Shown: piece by piece, positions 26,901-38,758 of the stretch | Position numbering within the stretch: position 1 is the stretch's first letter | How the letters are laid out: each line of letters starts with the position of its first letter | The notes under the pieces: model-generated | Told to the model about the DNA's origin: nothing | Database searches by the model: none | What the model saw: the letters and a program-made list of their open reading frames with translations, nothing else | From: Tubiluchus corallicola | Lineage: Eukaryota > Animalia > Priapulida | Reading direction: 5' to 3' | DNA: 53,087 nt | Assembly (NCBI GenBank): GCA_030141605.1 | Contig: JAQGDQ010001238.1 | Coordinates: 1 to 53,087 of the forward strand | Made by a program: the position numbers and the translations under genes

Positions 26901-27414
26901 TATAAATAGATTAGTCATATTAAAAATTAACGGTGATGCTGCAGATAACAAAAACAAAAACAGATAAGAAAAATATACAAATGATACAAATTATCCAAAA
27001 AGAACTGAAAACAAAAAAAATAATAAAGAAAGGTGAGGAATAATAGTAAGGAAAGAAAGGTGAGGAAACTTATATGAACAAGATGCAGCAGTATAGCAAT
27101 TGAATTTTTCTAATAACCAGTCACTTTGCTTGAATTTTTTGCGATGTTCACACAATCTAATAACCTCCAAATATTGAATTTTTGAAACAAATGTGTCTAA
27201 AAGGAAAGAAATACAAAAAGAGAATTGATACAAAGAAAAAACATAAACATTTTGTTGAGTCAATATTATCCGTTATCTGGTACTGTTTTTTTATACTAAA
27301 TAGTATATCAACAATGTAATAAAACATAGAAACTTTGTATTAATTAAAGAGGGTTATGTGCCCTCGTTTATTATAATTGAATATAATATTACGTCATCAT
27401 ACAATTATTTGCAG

Positions 27415-27478
27415 AATAATGGCTGGTGGACGTATGAATTCTGCTATGGCAAAATCATAAAACAATATCATTACGATG
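27415..27478 (+). CDS. OS9: OS-9 exon 3 (MRH domain, WW motif)
   Basis: cag|NNGWWTYEFCYGKIIKQYHYD|gtaagt; 64 nt, phase 0-1. Confidence 0.95.
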
Positions 27479-30061
27479 GTAAGTTGTTGTTTTGGTAAGT
27501 TTATTATTTTATCTTTCAAACTCTATGAGCCGGGATCCAGATTCAACAGCTGATGTTAATGTTGCACTTGTTGTGGTGTAAACAAAACAGTGTCTTATTA
27601 ACAATAATCTAAGGTTGATGTTAAAGGCGGAGGCATCTTCTGTTATAGGGGGTCGGGGTAATTTGTGTCAAGGGGTAATTTGAGCCTATTTCAGTTTAAG
27701 TGATTTGATGACTAATTGCTTCCTACTTCCAACCTAAAATGTTCCACGTGTACTACGTGTGGCACTGCTCAAACAGAAAGGGTAACTTTTGTGGTAATAT
27801 TTCTTTAACTAAAAATGCTGCCAAATGTTTAAATTTATGGCTATTAAATATGTCCTATTTGCAACCTTAAGTTTTCCATTTACGCTATATGTGGCACTGC
27901 TCAAGCACACAGTGTAATGTTTTGTAACAATGTTTGTTTAGCTAAAAATGCTGCCAAATGTTTAGTTTAGACAATTATACTTACAAAAACATTCTTCACC
28001 AAACTTTACCCTGAATATTCAGCTTGAAGCAAATGAATGCAATATTAATATATAAGTTAAAGAATACTGTCCGTTCCATAATGGCTAAGTACTGTCCATG
28101 GAGCTGATAATACAGATTCATTACTGGTGTTTTCGATGACAATCGAGAAATTTCATCTCTTAATAAAACGCTTGATATTTTGTATAAAGATGGGTTTGCA
28201 GGAGCTCTTTAAACACGCAATGATTCAGTTTGCAATTCTGAGGCAGCAGCATCTGAAATCATGTATATTTTTATCTTGTTTCCTCTATGACCTTTGACAA
28301 ATGGTCTAGCCAGAAGTTGATAATGTGCTGTGGTACAGGAGGCGAGATATCATTTTTTATTACAGTGTTTGCATTTATTGTACCGAGTACGCGATTGTAG
28401 TATTATGTGATCCATTTAATTGTCAGTCTCCTACACTAAAGTACTGAATTAGTCTATGCTGCCATCTACAGTCGTTGTACAAAGTTTGTCAGAGATTGAT
28501 TTTTGTTTCTAAATATTGTTTCCTTTTGCTTTTATAGATAGTCATTAATCAGAGTAATTAGGTTGTTAATTTAATGCTTTAATTCTGGATCTAACTCTCT
28601 TATTCAAGTTTAAATAGAGAAAAATTATAACATTATAACACAGCTTTCTGTAAACCAACAATCTTTATTCTGCTATCAAAGAAGCCAAGTAGACTTTGAT
28701 TTTGGTTTAACTAGTAGTCTGTAGAGTATAGGTGACCTTTCCATTTATGGTCTGTATGCATGAATGTAATGTACCTTCCAATAGGAACTTGTATGTCTGG
28801 TCATGTGATTACAGCTTTATTCTCTCAGGCATGCAAGTTTCAGTTGATCTAGAGACAGCATTGAGAAAGGATGCAAAATTTCTACTGTTAAATATCATAT
28901 TGCTAACTGTATGACTGTTTGTTCAATGTTGTGATTGAGGTGAACATTGACAAAGTTTTACAATAAAATGATTGCAAATTTCTACACCACCCGACTACCT
29001 CACACTTAAAACAGAAGTTAATGGAAAGACACATCGTCATTTAGCACGTTGGATTTATTTTTCGCAACTATCAGTTAAATTTAGAATAATATAACAATTG
29101 TTGCAATGAAACATCTATGAAGCAGTAAGATAATTGTACTATGATTGGTTCTGTGACGGAAACAGTTATTATAACTGTTTTTCGGAAACATCAGATTAGC
29201 ATGTTTCAGATATATACATAATCTATGGTAAATATATTTTCAAAAATATTCTGGTTATTTGAAATTAGGATTATTGAAATTTGAAGTAGAGGAAATTTGT
29301 GTTGGAGGAAAATATTACATTTTGTAGTTGTAGTTTTATTTAGATGCGCAGCAACAGAGCGACATGAGACAATCATCCTCCGGCGCAAGGGAGAGAGGAT
29401 GCAAAATTCCTCTTGAATTTAACGACTGTTAATTATTAATTACCAATTAACAACAGTTTTCAAACTGGCACGTAGCTTTGCAGATCGATAATTTTAGGAG
29501 TAACAGACAGTGGTTGTAGAAAACTGGCTATTTGTTTTACAGATTTTATTTTCCACTCATTGTAAAAAGGTGAAAAAACATTTGAGGATCCGTAGAAAAA
29601 ACTTTAAGCCAGTCTTCAGAAATCAACAGAGACATACTGATTTTACAACAGTTGCATACTGACCTCACAACTACTGGCCTCTATACCACTAAAAACAGGA
29701 TTTTTTTCTATGCTAAGGCTATCTAACCTCTCATACAAAAGCGGCCAAGCATGTCAAACAAACTCTACAGGTAATGCAAAAATGAATAATGACGCTCTAG
29801 AATCAACACACCTGGCTTCACTGTACACATGCTAGCCTGAGAAATAACAGTGGTATTATTCTCTAAATGCTGATTGTGTGATTGTGAAAACCTGTAGTGT
29901 TCTGTATCTTTCATAATCTTTGCATGTTTTAATGCCGAAGCCGAGTGCTTAATGACTTTCATCTTACAAGCAACTTTCCTAAAGAAACACCTAGAAGACA
30001 GTTATGCTCGTCCAATACTGCACTCAAACTCGGAGCGATTCTAAAAAAATTTTTATCCCGT

Positions 30062-30503
30062 CAAGTCAATTCAATTCAGTTCAATTTTAATTTATTTATC
30101 TCTTTATAGTGTTACAATAAAACATGATTAATAAAAGAATCTCTAATAAGTTTTGAAAAATGGTTAAAATGTATAGATAGATCTAGAACTAGAGAAAGGA
30201 TAGCGAAAAGACTATAAAGTCACCTAGTCTGCTATCCTTTACCGAATATAGATAAAAAGATTTTTTAGACACTGGTGGGCATTAATGTTATCAGTTTAAT
30301 TCGGGAAACAATAGTAATTTTTAAATTTATGACATTTTCTATATAATCCAGAGAAAAGAATATACATGTAGTTTAATTAGCGGGCAACAAAATAAGGTCA
30401 ATCTTGATTAAACTAAAAATTGCATTTAGATTTTATGTGAAATACAGGTGAAAATTGTTATGAAATGATAAAAACACTTTGGGTTAATAATGCTATTAAT
30501 CAA
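30062..30503 (-). mobile_element. ~440-bp CR1-tail-like element with (TTGAA)n tail (copy 1)
   Basis: Near-identical to 43618-44039; stem-loop AAAGGATAGC..GACTAGGTGAC..GCTATCCTTT. Confidence 0.6.
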
Positions 30504-30700
30504 GTAGAAAAAGGAAAGGTGAGCTCAGGTAGATGCACCACCTACGAAACAAATGATAGAACATAAAAACTTAGGAGGCCAGCAGTGTTTTTGCTCCCTG
30601 GCACTACAAGCCATTTACTGTGCCACTGGTTTTATTTGATAACGTCCATTATTATTAGTACCAGTGCACTTTATAGTATTTACAAATTCATGCTTTCCAG

Positions 30701-30780
30701 GTATGAAAATTGTTGGTCCAGAAGTCATTTTAGGCGTTTATGATTCTGAGTTTGATTGGAACACGAATTCCTCTTCAAAG
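30701..30780 (+). CDS. OS9: OS-9 exon 4
   Basis: cag|(G)MKIVGPEVILGVYDSEFDWNTNSSSK|gtatgc; 80 nt, phase 1-0. Confidence 0.92.
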
Positions 30781-30790
30781 GTATGCGAAT

Positions 30791-30836
30791 CATAGACATA
30801 GACATAGACATAGACATAGACATAGACATAGACATA
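30791..30836. repeat. (GACATA)n tract, probable LINE tail
   Basis: Followed by CATTTTTATTTATCTCC, similar to the junctions at the other two GACATA tracts. Confidence 0.8.
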
Positions 30837-31096
30837 GTCATTTTTATTTATCTCCTCATTTACACCATAGTATACAAATTGACTATTATTTTTATAGTTA
30901 TTGATTAAAAAGGATAAATTAAACATAAAGGAAAGAGTTAGGGGGGGGGGTGCGGGAGAAAGGGTAGAATCACTTTTGTGTAGACCTGTTTATGTTGTAT
31001 TAATACTTCCCTGTTTAAAATCTGCTTCTAAAATTCTATTAACAGTTGTGCATATTGCTTGCCATTTCGTTAGCTCAGTGAATAATTTTCCTTCGC

Positions 31097-31293
31097 ACTT
31101 GTGAACTACAGTGTAGTAGTGTAGCACAGTGTAGTACACTTGTGAACTACAGTGTAGTAGTGTAGCACAGTGTAGTACACTTGTGAACAGTGTAGTAGTG
31201 TAGCGCAGTGTAGTACACTTGTGAACAGTGTAGTAGTGTAGCGCAGTGTAGTACACTTGTGAACAGTGTAGTAGTGTAGCGCAGTGTAGTACA
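31097..31293. repeat. 38-41-bp minisatellite, about 5 copies
   Basis: Unit ACTTGTGAAC(TAC)AGTGTAGTAGTGTAGCRCAGTGTAGTAC. Confidence 0.9.
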
Positions 31294-31484
31294 CATTTTG
31301 AGTCAATTTCAAATATTTAGTATTGTATCAGTTATGAATCTGTCGGCTTTACTTGATTATGCGATTATGCTTAACCAATAGTTCGTTAAATTTATGTACA
31401 CCACAGAGCTTATTTCTGAGGGCTTGCTGCCTGCCAAGTTCATATCGTTTTTGTTATCTTTTGCTCTGCATTTCTTATTTCTAG

Positions 31485-31589
31485 GATTCAGACAAAAATA
31501 CCAACTTGCTGCAGAGATATCATAGTCAACACTACGTCAATGGGACAACGTGTGATTTAACAAATAAACCTCGCCGGGCAGAAGTCAGG
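31485..31589 (+). CDS. OS9: OS-9 exon 5
   Basis: tag|DSDKNTNLLQRYHSQHYVNGTTCDLTNKPRRAEVR|gtgagt; 105 nt, phase 0-0. Confidence 0.95.
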
Positions 31590-31735
31590 GTGAGTGAACT
31601 GAACATGCATGTACAATCGTACCTCATAGTTGTATTACACTACGGAATAAACATTTAGTTAAAGGAAACAGCAAGTTATTTAGCATATTGAGTTTATTTT
31701 ATTGTTATCACATAAGTTTAGTAATATATGAACTC

Positions 31736-32030
31736 GACCAGACGGTTTAGTCTAGTGGTAATACGTCTGCTTTCCGTCTGGGAGGTCGTGAGTTCGAACC
31801 AGGGTTCGGGTCATACCAAAGACTTTAAAAATGGTACCTGCTGTTGCCCTGCCTGACACGTGGTATTTAGGGTAAAAGTGGGGTAATAATAGTCTCTGTT
31901 ATGTAGTTGTAGGTTGTTATTTACAGTCGGCGATAATAGCGCTTTGAGCTAACGTTAATTGTTGACACAAAAGCTGACTTTAAATAAATATTATTATTAT
32001 TATCATTATTATTATTATTATTATTATTAT
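31736..32030 (+). mobile_element. tRNA-derived SINE, Meta-domain-like (copy 2)
   Basis: A box TAGTCTAGTGG, B box GTTCGAACC, GGTCATACCAAAGACTTTAAAAATGGTACCTGCTG core, (TTA)n tail. Confidence 0.78.
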
Positions 32031-32184
32031 AACAAAGAAATTTGCGAAAGATTGCCTATAAAGCATGAAGTTAATTTATACTACCGCTGTACGAAATTTT
32101 CCGGCACCTTGGTAGCCACCGTTCATTTGAACATTATACAACTGATGGACTTCGTGGCTTTCCATAAACGTGCATTGCTTAAAC

Positions 32185-32659
32185 CAGGGGTGTGCAATTT
32201 ATCAGACTAATTGTGGCCGGGCCACATTAAACTTTCCCGCAATTCCTGCGGGCCACAGGCAGATTGATCAAGGAGCCAAGTACAGAAAGGCCTAATAACG
32301 ATTTTTTGCATCCGACCTGCATACATCATTACTATTACACTCAAGAAACTATTAAAGTTTATATTACAAACCATATATCTCTATTTTCAGGACAGATAGT
32401 GGTAATTTCATTACAATGCAAATTAGTAATGTGTATCACACAGTCTGTGTAGTACAGTGACATTAAGCTACAACCGTCTTGTAAGGGTTAATGGCATCCG
32501 ATCTAGTAGAAAAAACTACCGGCACTATCTTTGAGATCGTGGCACAGACTTCAGCTGGATACACTCAATTAATCGCCTGGGCCGCACTTTCATTAGGTTG
32601 ACAAATCTCTTCGCGGGCAGCACAAATTCTCTCGGCGGGCCGCAATTTGCACACCCCTG
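32185..32659. mobile_element. hAT-type MITE (copy 1, orientation A)
   Basis: TIR CAGGGGTGTGCAA..TTGCACACCCCTG; subterminal GGCCCG motifs. Confidence 0.85.
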
Positions 32660-32861
32660 ACTTAGATTGTATGAGCACCAGGTTAACAAATCATGATGGA
32701 ATGTTTACTTATGTTTATTGTTAATGTATCATAGTAGTTTTATCATTCAAGTTAAATGGGAAGATAAGGGAATTTTAAAATATATCTCACAAAACTTTCC
32801 ATACAAAGTTACATTATGCTTACCTTTTTGAAAGTTTTGTGTAATTGGAATAGAAAATTTT

Positions 32862-33252
32862 TAATAACGAGAGTCCCACTAGGCGCCGCTAGAACAGTTT
32901 TTCCGCAGGCTGTTTGGTCAAAATTTCGAAAAAATCGTGAGTTGGGTCCAGGAAAACGCCCGCTGCGGGACGCCGTGGCCCTCTTGTAAATTCTGAATAT
33001 GCCAATGACACCCACCGCTGAATGGGCTATCTATCCATAGCCAGTACCACCCATGGCCCGTTCCCGTTCTTCAGATCTCACGGCCATTTTTGGAGGTTTT
33101 TTGCCCCCCACCCTGGTTCGTCTCGGTAGGCCCGATTCGAAAAATAAACCCCCAATGGCACGACACTAGATCGAGACCTTTCGTTTGATATATAGATCGC
33201 CGCAAATGGTGCCCTCATCGAAGCTGTAGCCTCGAATCTTATATATATATAA

Positions 33253-33302
<50 letters not shown>
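32862..33302. mobile_element. Possible Helentron-associated (HINE-like) element ending in (TA)n
   Basis: GC-richer block with TAGATCGAGACCTTTCGTTTGATA motif followed by a TA microsatellite; recalled resemblance only. Confidence 0.3.
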
Positions 33303-33305
<3 letters not shown>

Positions 33306-33659
33306 AAGAGAATTAATATATACAATTTAAAATATTCACATGCCTGGTAAAATGGCATTGCATTGCCATCTCAGTGTGCATCACTGACTCAATAAAAACA
33401 GATTATTGATGTTATTGACAATATAAAGTAATTTAAACTTTTTCTTAGTTAACAAAGAATTTGTTATGCATGATCTGGTTATTTTTTCAAATTTTATCTA
33501 AACTGGTTTCAAAGGACTTAAGGCTAACTGCTTGTAACGGTCATCGCGCGAGTTTAAATTTACAAATTCTATTTAGCCTTGCTGCTAATATGAGCTCTGA
33601 GTGCAGTAAAACAGGACGTATAGTGATACAAAATTTCAACATGTATTTTTAGCTTTTTA

Positions 33660-34013
33660 CAGTCGACCCTCGTTAAACCGGACCCCGTTAGCCCTTATAT
33701 CGGATAAGATGGACGTCATCCGTGGTAAAGGAAACTGACAGATTTCCGTCCGAGCCCGAGTGCTAAACACAACACGGCCTACCAATTGTACAATAATTTC
33801 TTTATCCTCACAGGTTAACTATTTTAAAGTAATATACACTATAGTATATAGTGCACAGCAGTATATAGTGCAATGTATATACGCCTTATTAAGGTGATTA
33901 TTCCTGTATAATATAGACCATATATATAGGCATATCGGATAAATCGGACAATAGGCTAAACCGGAACCCCCCCACCCCACCCCCAATTAGTCCGGTTTAA
34001 CGAGGGTTGACTA
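33660..34013. mobile_element. Tc1/pogo(Tigger)-like MITE
   Basis: TA-CAGTCGACCCTCGTTAAACCGGAC ... GTCCGGTTTAACGAGGGTTGACT terminal inverted repeats. Confidence 0.75.
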
Positions 34014-34111
34014 GAGGGTTTTCTTACCCTTTAGCTATATAGCAAAGTTATTTCTGGTAGATCAAATTAAAATTTTAACAATTTCTGACTAATAATTATG
34101 CACCTTTGCAG

Positions 34112-34313
34112 TTTCTGTGTGAAGAGGGAAAAGGTGACTACATTGCGAAGATCTCGGAGCAGCAGACTTGCATCTACCTGCTTTACGTGCACACGATGAA
34201 GATTTGTCATCATCCGTACCTGAAACCGACTCGTAAGTCAAAGCCTCATCCGATCGTCTGCAATCCGGCGTTGTCCTCTGATCAGTATGAACAGTACTTG
34301 TTAGAGGAGGAAG
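34112..34313 (+). CDS. OS9: OS-9 exon 6 (end of MRH domain)
   Basis: cag|FLCEEGKGDYIAKISEQQTCIYLLYVHTMKICHHPYLKP..IVCNPALSSDQYEQYL..|gtaggg; 202 nt, phase 0-1. Confidence 0.95.
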
Positions 34314-34878
34314 GTAGGGCTACTTTAAAGTAAATAATATTTAGTTAGTTTAAACATAATTTATTTAGGATTGGATCAGACAGTTTGTACAACATGATTT
34401 AAGATCCTCACCACAACAGACTTTATACACTATTTACAAGAACATTTACAGTAAGAATAGACTATACTTAGTTTTTAGTATACTTTAGTATATTAAAGTT
34501 TTACTACAGTGATACATTAGACATTAGTAAAAAATGACGGTTAGTAAATATTAATGTACGATTATTTAAGAATGATGCATTTTATATCAGAGAGAAACTA
34601 CTGGAAGCGTTTACTACTTAATATAAAGTCATGTATGCACTGGAATATTTTACAGTTTGTAACATAGTTAAATTCATCTTTACAGAATAATAACAACTTC
34701 AACAGACCATTAGTTCCTAAGGCAGCTATATTAAGGTTTTCAGGCAGAAGTATTGCATTTAATTTATCAAACATAACAACCCTAGCTAGTTGATATAATG
34801 GGCAGTGCATGATGATGAGCTATTGAAACAGTAGACATATGTCAGCCAGATTCATGTGCGTGTGTTTTATATATATAT

Positions 34879-35309
34879 GTTATTGGCATCCTTCTGTCTC
34901 GGAAGACAATGGAGTGTGCGCCAAGAGAGTCAGTTATTGATCACATTGATGGAGCTGCAGCGTCGACTGTGGCTGAGCAGTCCGATCCTTGAACGTCTCC
35001 AGGGCGCACGCCTGGGCAAGGTGTTTGGAGATCCTGAGTTGTCCAGACAGCAGGAACCCCCTCTCTTCCTCCCTGGTGTAGTCCAAAGGAAAGCGGAGTG
35101 ATACGTTTGGCACCAGGTTGCCTGCAGGAGCTGCCGGAGTCAGTGAGCATTCTGCACTGGTCCCCCTTCGGGGCTCCACTCCTGATTTGGAACTTTTACT
35201 CCTCTACACATGGCCGTTGGGTCACTTCACCTCCTCCGTCCATTAGCCGTTGGCTGCTTGTGCCGCTCCTCTGCCTAGTGTTGAGATACAGTGTGGGCTT
35301 CCTGCGCTG
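34879..35309 (-). mobile_element. SINE3-family copy lacking the 5S head
   Basis: Body matches 37887-38183; RTE/BovB-like tail CCATTGTCTTCCGAGACAGAAGGATGCCAA. Confidence 0.8.
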
Positions 35310-35723
35310 TATATATATATATATATACAGCGCGGGAAGCCCACACTGTATCTCAACACTAGGCAGAGGAGCTATATATATATATATCACTCGTCTCACT
35401 ACAAGTATTCAGGCAAAACAATCACTGAGCTCAGAGCTAGCATCAAACTCACGTCAGTCACAAATGCAGGTGCCTTATCCAATGAGCCACAACCTAGCAA
35501 CAGATTGTGTAAAAAATTTAAGATGTTTGCAGAAAAATTAAGTAACTTTTTATGAGGTTAATTCTTATGATTATGATAAAGTTCTTTTTAGGAAAGTAGT
35601 TTATTAATTAAAAAAAAATTATTAGAAAAAGACAATTTTAACAAGTAATATTTTGTCTCTTTGCAAAAAAATAAAATTATTATTAAGATAATAACAGCAA
35701 TATAGATAATAATAATAACTAAA

Positions 35724-36306
35724 AACCTAGCCACTGGAGGGGGCAAGCCAGCCCAACTCAGTGCCGGTCCCAAGCCCGGATAAATAGGGAGGGTTGGGGT
35801 CAGGAAGGGCATTCACCTGTAAAAATTGCGCCAAAACCTTCTATGAATGAGTCGGTGAGACTTAAAGGTAAAGTCCACAAAGAAGTGGTCAGACCCGCTC
35901 TAATCTATGGGTTGGAAGCAGCTTCTCTAAAGAAGACCGAATAGAAGAAAATGGGTGTGGTGGAGATGAGGATGTTGAGATGAATGGTGGGAATAACAAG
36001 AAGAGATAAAATTAGAAATAATAATATCAGAGGAACAGTAAAAGTAGTGGAAGCCTCGCAAGATTGCGATGGTATGGACACCTGAAAAGAAGAGTCGGTG
36101 AAGATCATGTGGGAAGGGAGGTCATGGAAATGGAAGTGCTGGGAAATAGGCGACCCAAGCGGAGATGTATTGAATGTATTAATGGAGACCTTAGAGAGAA
36201 GATCATAAATGAAGAGATGGTCAACAACAGGAATGCGTGGAGAAGACTCATTCACAACGGCGACCCCGAATCGGGTAAAGCTGGGAAGAAGAAGAAGAAG
36301 AAGAAG
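35724..36306 (+). mobile_element. Bipartite RTE-type element (copy 4, longest)
   Basis: Starts AACCTAGCCACTGG; (GAA)n tail; TSD ATAATAATAACTAAA at 35709-35723 and 36307-36321. Confidence 0.87.
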
Positions 36307-36802
36307 ATAATAATAACTAAAATGTTATTGCGTTTTATTATGTTATGTCATGTGACCATGACTTCTGTATATGAACTATGATTACGTTCCTGGTTGTGTC
36401 TGATAGACAATGCATTCAAACGACCTGCATTTTATTATATTCACAAAATCTAATGCTTCTTATAAACAAATTTGCACATTATATAGCTCAATCTATTATC
36501 TTTCTTCCTACCATTTCCACTAACGCATCTTTCTACCCTTCCTGTGTGATCTAACCTTTCTCCCAGTTCTTTTTTTTTGTTCACTCATCCATTACTTTTT
36601 TATCGGGTTCACATGACAGTGGGCTTATACAAGCCTTTGCTTCTCTAGCCCACTGCAGTACAATTATTCTTTTATGATAACGATAGTGTATGAAACATAA
36701 TAATTGAATACAGTAGAAGTAATAATTTTGATGTCACTGTGTGCTTAATATTGTACTGAATGTAATAATAATAATAAATAAATAAAAACATTTTCATTGT
36801 AG

Positions 36803-36901
36803 CAAAGAAGCAACAAGCCGAAGAAGCCAAGAAGAGGAGAAGTGAGCTTCTGTCATCTTTATTGTCAGAGAAAGAAGAAAAAGAAGAGGAGAAGAAGAAA
36901 G
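36803..36901 (+). CDS. OS9: OS-9 exon 7 (charged coiled-coil)
   Basis: tag|(A)KKQQAEEAKKRRSELLSSLLSEKEEKEEEKKK|gttagc; 99 nt, phase 1-1. Confidence 0.78.
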
Positions 36902-37069
36902 GTTAGCGGCACTATTATTGTTGATTGGTGTTGCACATTTTTCTCCTTTTGACATACTAGTGGTTTTTTGTTTCTAATCCATGAAGGTCAACTCAAGCGG
37001 CAGTTTCCAGTACAATATGTTTACTCCATTTTCAAAAAAATTAATTTCCCATCAGTGATTTGCAAGCAG

Positions 37070-37208
37070 ATGCGAGACTTAGACGTATGTCAGCTAGATG
37101 CTGTCTGACGCAAGACTTAGACGTCAGCTAGATGCTGTCTGACGCAAGACTTAGACATCAGCTAGATGCTGTCTGACGCAAGACTTAGACGTCAGCTAGA
37201 TGCTGTCT
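37070..37208. repeat. 34-bp minisatellite, about 4 copies
   Basis: Unit GCAAGACTTAGACGTCAGCTAGATGCTGTCTGAC. Confidence 0.88.
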
Positions 37209-37767
37209 ACACTTTTTCTCGTCTCACATTTAGCCATAAGGATGTTAAACAATACAAATTTGGCAATACAATATGATGCTTTATTCCAACGATATCGATA
37301 ATCCAATTTTCGAACAATATGATACGAATTGATCAATTATTTCGAGCGAGAAAAATGATTCTGAACGTTTGGTTAGTTATCTATACATGCGTATAGTACA
37401 GTTCTATGTACTATACACACAGTTCTATGCAAAGCGTCTCAGTGTATTGCAACGCCGTAGTTTGTATGCTGTTTTGCCATTAATGTATAGATACATGTGA
37501 TTTATGTTTAGTCATAAAATAATATTAATGCGTAAGCTGTGACAGACAGATGTAATACACATAGATTTATAACTACATAATATATTTCCTTATGTGAGAT
37601 ATAACTGGGAAACTTCCCTTCATCAGTCGGAGAATACCTCTAGAAGTAGCGCTCTTGGCATTCGCACGTCACTAAACCGACTGAAGGGAGCCGCTATTTG
37701 AAAGAAGAAAAGTTAAGAAAATTATTCGAACAATCTTACAGATAGCTCTTTTTAACTTTTTTGAATA

Positions 37768-38183
37768 GCTACAGCCAAATCACATTGAAAACACCGGTTC
37801 TCGTCTGATCACCGAAGTTAAGCAACCTAGAGCCTGGTTAGTATTTGGATGGGTGACCGCCTAGGAATACCAGGTGCTGTAGGCTTGCGGGATGCCCACA
37901 CTGTATCTCGACACTAGGCTGGAGGAGCTGCACAAGCAGCCAACGGCTAGAGGGCAGAGGAGATCAAGTGACCCAACGGCCATGTGTAGAGGAGTAAACC
38001 TTCCAAATCAGGAGTGGAGCCCCGAAGGCGGACCAGTGCAGCATGCTCACTGACTCCGGGAACTCCTGCAGCCAACCTGGTGCCAAACGTATCGCTCTGC
38101 TTTCCTTTGGACTACACCAGGGAGGAAGAGAGGGGGTTCCTGTTGTCTGGGCTACTCAGGATCTCCATACACCTTGCCCAGGC
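37768..38183 (+). mobile_element. 5S rRNA-derived SINE (SINE3), head plus body, 3'-truncated
   Basis: 37768-37886 is a 119-nt 5S-like sequence with A box AGTTAAGC and C box TGGATGGGTGACC; no oligo-T terminator; continues into the repeat body. Confidence 0.88.
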
Positions 38184-38184
38184 A

Positions 38185-38546
38185 AGAATGGAGTGTGCGC
38201 CAAGAGAGTCAGTTATTGATCACATTGATGGAGCTGCAGCGTCGACTGTGGCTGAGCAGTGCGATCCTTGAGTACTGTCTCCAGTACGTTTCCAGGGCGC
38301 ACGCCTAGGCAAGGTGTATGGAGATCCTGAGTTGCCCAGACAACAGGAACCCCCTCTCTTCCTCCCTGGTGTAGTCCAAAGGAAAGCGGAGCGACACGTT
38401 TAGCACCAGGTTGGCTGCAAGAGCTGCCGGAGTCAGTGAGCATGCTGCACTGGTCCGCCTTCGGGGCTCCACTCCTGATTTGGAAGGTTTACTCCTATAT
38501 ACATGGCCGTTGGGTCACGGGTGTTTTCAACGTGATATGGTCGTAG
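38185..38546 (-). mobile_element. SINE3 copy with internal deletion, inverted against the previous copy
   Basis: Keeps only about 27 nt of the 5S 5' end joined directly to the body. Confidence 0.8.
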
Positions 38547-38758
38547 TAAGCGCTGCACTCGATATAATAACAATGTTCCAAAAATAATGTCGATACAATA
38601 ACAATAAAAGCAAATTTTTCATATCGATATGTTATCGTTGGCATTAACATCTTGAATCAAGCTGCTATTTTCAGGAACAGTTCTGTTAGTTCCGAATGTT
38701 CTGTTAGAATATAATTTTTTTGTTCTTTACTTGTGCCACATAAACATTGTTGTTTCAG

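Noticed and set aside
28329-29004. Third solo LTR (TG..CA, GCTGCCATCTA, AATAAA)
   Set aside because: Ends are ambiguous, no TSD and no second copy
31740-31810. tRNA-Gly gene
   Set aside because: No closed acceptor stem or terminator; it is the head of a SINE present twice in the window
37600-37690. Penelope-type hammerhead ribozyme (CTGATGA on the minus strand)
   Set aside because: Stem II is not followed by GAAA; only a small inverted repeat CCCTTCATCAGTCGG/CCGACTGAAGGG remains
37768-37886. Functional 5S rRNA gene (also 39936-40054)
   Set aside because: Substitutions relative to 5S, no oligo-T terminator, and fused to a dispersed repeat body
37887-37990. HDV-like ribozyme at the SINE body 5' end
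   Set aside because: GGCTA(A/G) resembles J4/2 but I could not build P1, P3/L3 and P1.1 by eye; it needs a structure-descriptor search
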